A stretch of DNA of 64,000 nt. Origin: a virus. Its lineage: Duplodnaviria > Caudoviricetes. Made by a program: the position numbers and the translations under genes. Under the pieces are notes generated by a model. That model ran no database searches. It was given only the letters and a program-made list of their open reading frames with translations, and was not told the origin of the DNA. The stretch is taken from positions 35,757 through 99,756 of IMG/VR virus record IMGVR_UViG_3300011008_000027. One strand, written 5' to 3'. Of this stretch, positions 62,788 to 64,000 are shown in pieces; the stretch's first letter is position 1; every line of letters starts with the position of its first letter.

Positions 62788-63458
62788 TTATTTTGTCATT
62801 GCTTTTGCTTTTGTGATTAAATCACCTAATTTGTCATCTACATTTACTACTAACGTCATGAGTCTTTTTAATGACTTGTTTTGTGCTTCTATATATGCAT
62901 CTTTTTCTTTTATCGTTTCTTCAAATTTGTCGATTTTTTGGTTTGCTTCATTGAGTTTTTGATGTTGAGTTGCTGCTTTTTGTGTTAACTCATAGTTATG
63001 CTGAAAAACACGTTGATACTTTTTATTTTTAAGTGCGTTATTTTGTATTTCTTCATCAAGATTTTGTTTTAACGATATGTTTCCGCTTTCAAGGCAGAAT
63101 TTTGCTTTATTAAAGAATCATTAGATTTGCGTGTTTTGTGTATAGTATAAATACCATATCCTGCTGCACTAACACCTATTAATCCAGCAAGAGTTTTAGC
63201 TAATTTTGCAACTCTATTACTCTTTTTATTGATAGATTGAACTTCAGGCATATTTTTAGCTTCAGGATGTTTATTAAATAGATTCCTAAAGAAATTGGGA
63301 ATCTTAACACTAAGAAGAATTTTAACTTTATCGAGAAATCTTTTGCACATATTTTTAAATTTTGACCACAAACCTATTTTTTTAGATTCATTTTCACTTT
63401 CATTAACGGATTCTAATACGAATCTATATCCTTCATCAAATGCCTCAGTATATGTCAC
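62788..63458 (-). pseudogene. TYxEAF-leader family gene with a 1-nt frameshift at ~63080-63082 (repaired length ~223 aa, coiled-coil C-terminus)
   Basis: Adding one A to GCG GAA AC gives ...ALKAENISLKQNLDEE..., open to TAA 62790-62788. Confidence 0.75.
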
Positions 63459-63624
63459 TTATTATCACCTCAACTCATGATTACAACTGCGACAAGATAA
63501 TAAATATTATCTTGTCGCAGTCAAAATTATCATATCTATTATTTAATGATAATTTCTAATCATTACAAAAAGATAAATTATCTTCTTGTAGTGGAACTTT
63601 GCATATATAAAGGAGGTACCATAT

Positions 63625-64000
63625 ATGATTACTTACAATGAAGCATTCAATGATGGTTATGAACAAGCCCTCGAAGAGATGGGCTATGTTATTGATGATA
63701 GAGAGTATGCTGAAGAAGGTCTTTATGACCTTGATAGTTTCATAGATGATAATTCTGCATATGAGAATTATGATATTGATGAAGCATATTATAATGGATA
63801 TTATGATGCATTAGAAGCATTAAATCTGTTTAAGAAGAAGGAACCAGAACCTGAGCCGAAGAAATCTATAGGATCAAAAATACTGCAGGCACTGAAGTCA
63901 GTTGTAGAAAAAGCAATAAAACTAATAACAGAAACGGTGCCCAATTTCTTTAGAAAACTCTTCGGTAAAGATCCGAAATATAAGAATGATCCTCGAGTTA
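63625..64000 (+). CDS. TYxEAFNDGY-leader family protein, runs off the window (absent from the ORF track)
   Basis: AAGGAGGT RBS; MITYNEAFNDGYEQALEEMG...DALE|ALNLFKKKEPEPEPKKS...TETVPNFFRKLFGKDP. Confidence 0.9.
   Translation, partial: MITYNEAFNDGYEQALEEMGYVIDDREYAEEGLYDLDSFIDDNSAYENYDIDEAYYNGYYDALEALNLFKKKEPEPEPKKSIGSKILQALKSVVEKAIKLITETVPNFFRKLFGKDPKYKNDPRV

Noticed and set aside
63075-63090. Programmed frameshift at GCG GAA ACA
   Set aside because: Does not fit X XXY YYZ in the zero frame; a simple 1-nt deletion or assembly error is more likely
4629-63480. Numerous antisense/overlapping ORFs in the track (e.g. 9411..9878, 11553..12020, 26438..27007, 49593..50111, 61249..61833, 62768..62962)
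   Set aside because: Shadows of well-supported genes; no RBS; composition typical of reverse-complement codon bias
57032-64000. CRISPR array or diversity-generating retroelement explaining the repeats
   Set aside because: Repeats are coding paralog segments without regular spacers; no cas or reverse transcriptase gene in the window; no adenine-specific variation noticed
1-64000. tRNA/rRNA genes, inteins, phage nucleus shell or tubulin genes, major capsid protein
   Set aside because: No recognisable signatures in this window; their presence elsewhere in the genome cannot be judged

Overview
AT-rich, gene-dense 64 kb segment of a jumbo myovirus of the AR9/PBS1-phiKZ type. Strong AAGGAGG RBSs suggest a Bacillota host (inference). 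It carries six split multisubunit RNA polymerase subunit genes with two separate DxDGD catalytic motifs, implying a virion and a non-virion RNAP. It also carries large terminase, portal, tail sheath, tail tube, neck, baseplate and fibre genes, the N-terminal half of a split family-B DNA polymerase, SbcC/Rad50, an SF2 helicase, a dNMP kinase, MYG1, a papain-like protease and two HExxH peptidases. Several features are missed by the ORF track. (1) Two paralogous ORF-less group I introns split adjacent beta' genes, one just after the catalytic DYDGD and one in the bridge helix, each with its own re-tailored guide sequence. (2) A likely programmed -1 frameshift (U UUU UUA) extends the 8060..9664 gene. 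(3) Two phage promoter classes recur: AACA-N6-TA and a bipartite GYATTTT...TATATYAT. (4) Most striking is a family of at least 9-10 proteins with a shared, modular acidic leader (M-x-TYxEAFNDGY...YDLDSF...ALE|A), an amphipathic FFxxLFK helix, often a Gly-rich hydrophobic segment, and variable basic C-termini. Seven copies sit in mixed orientations at 57-64 kb and share near-identical inverted DNA blocks. This looks like a recombining library of capsid-targeted, protease-matured injected proteins (inference). No tRNA, rRNA or CRISPR array was seen.
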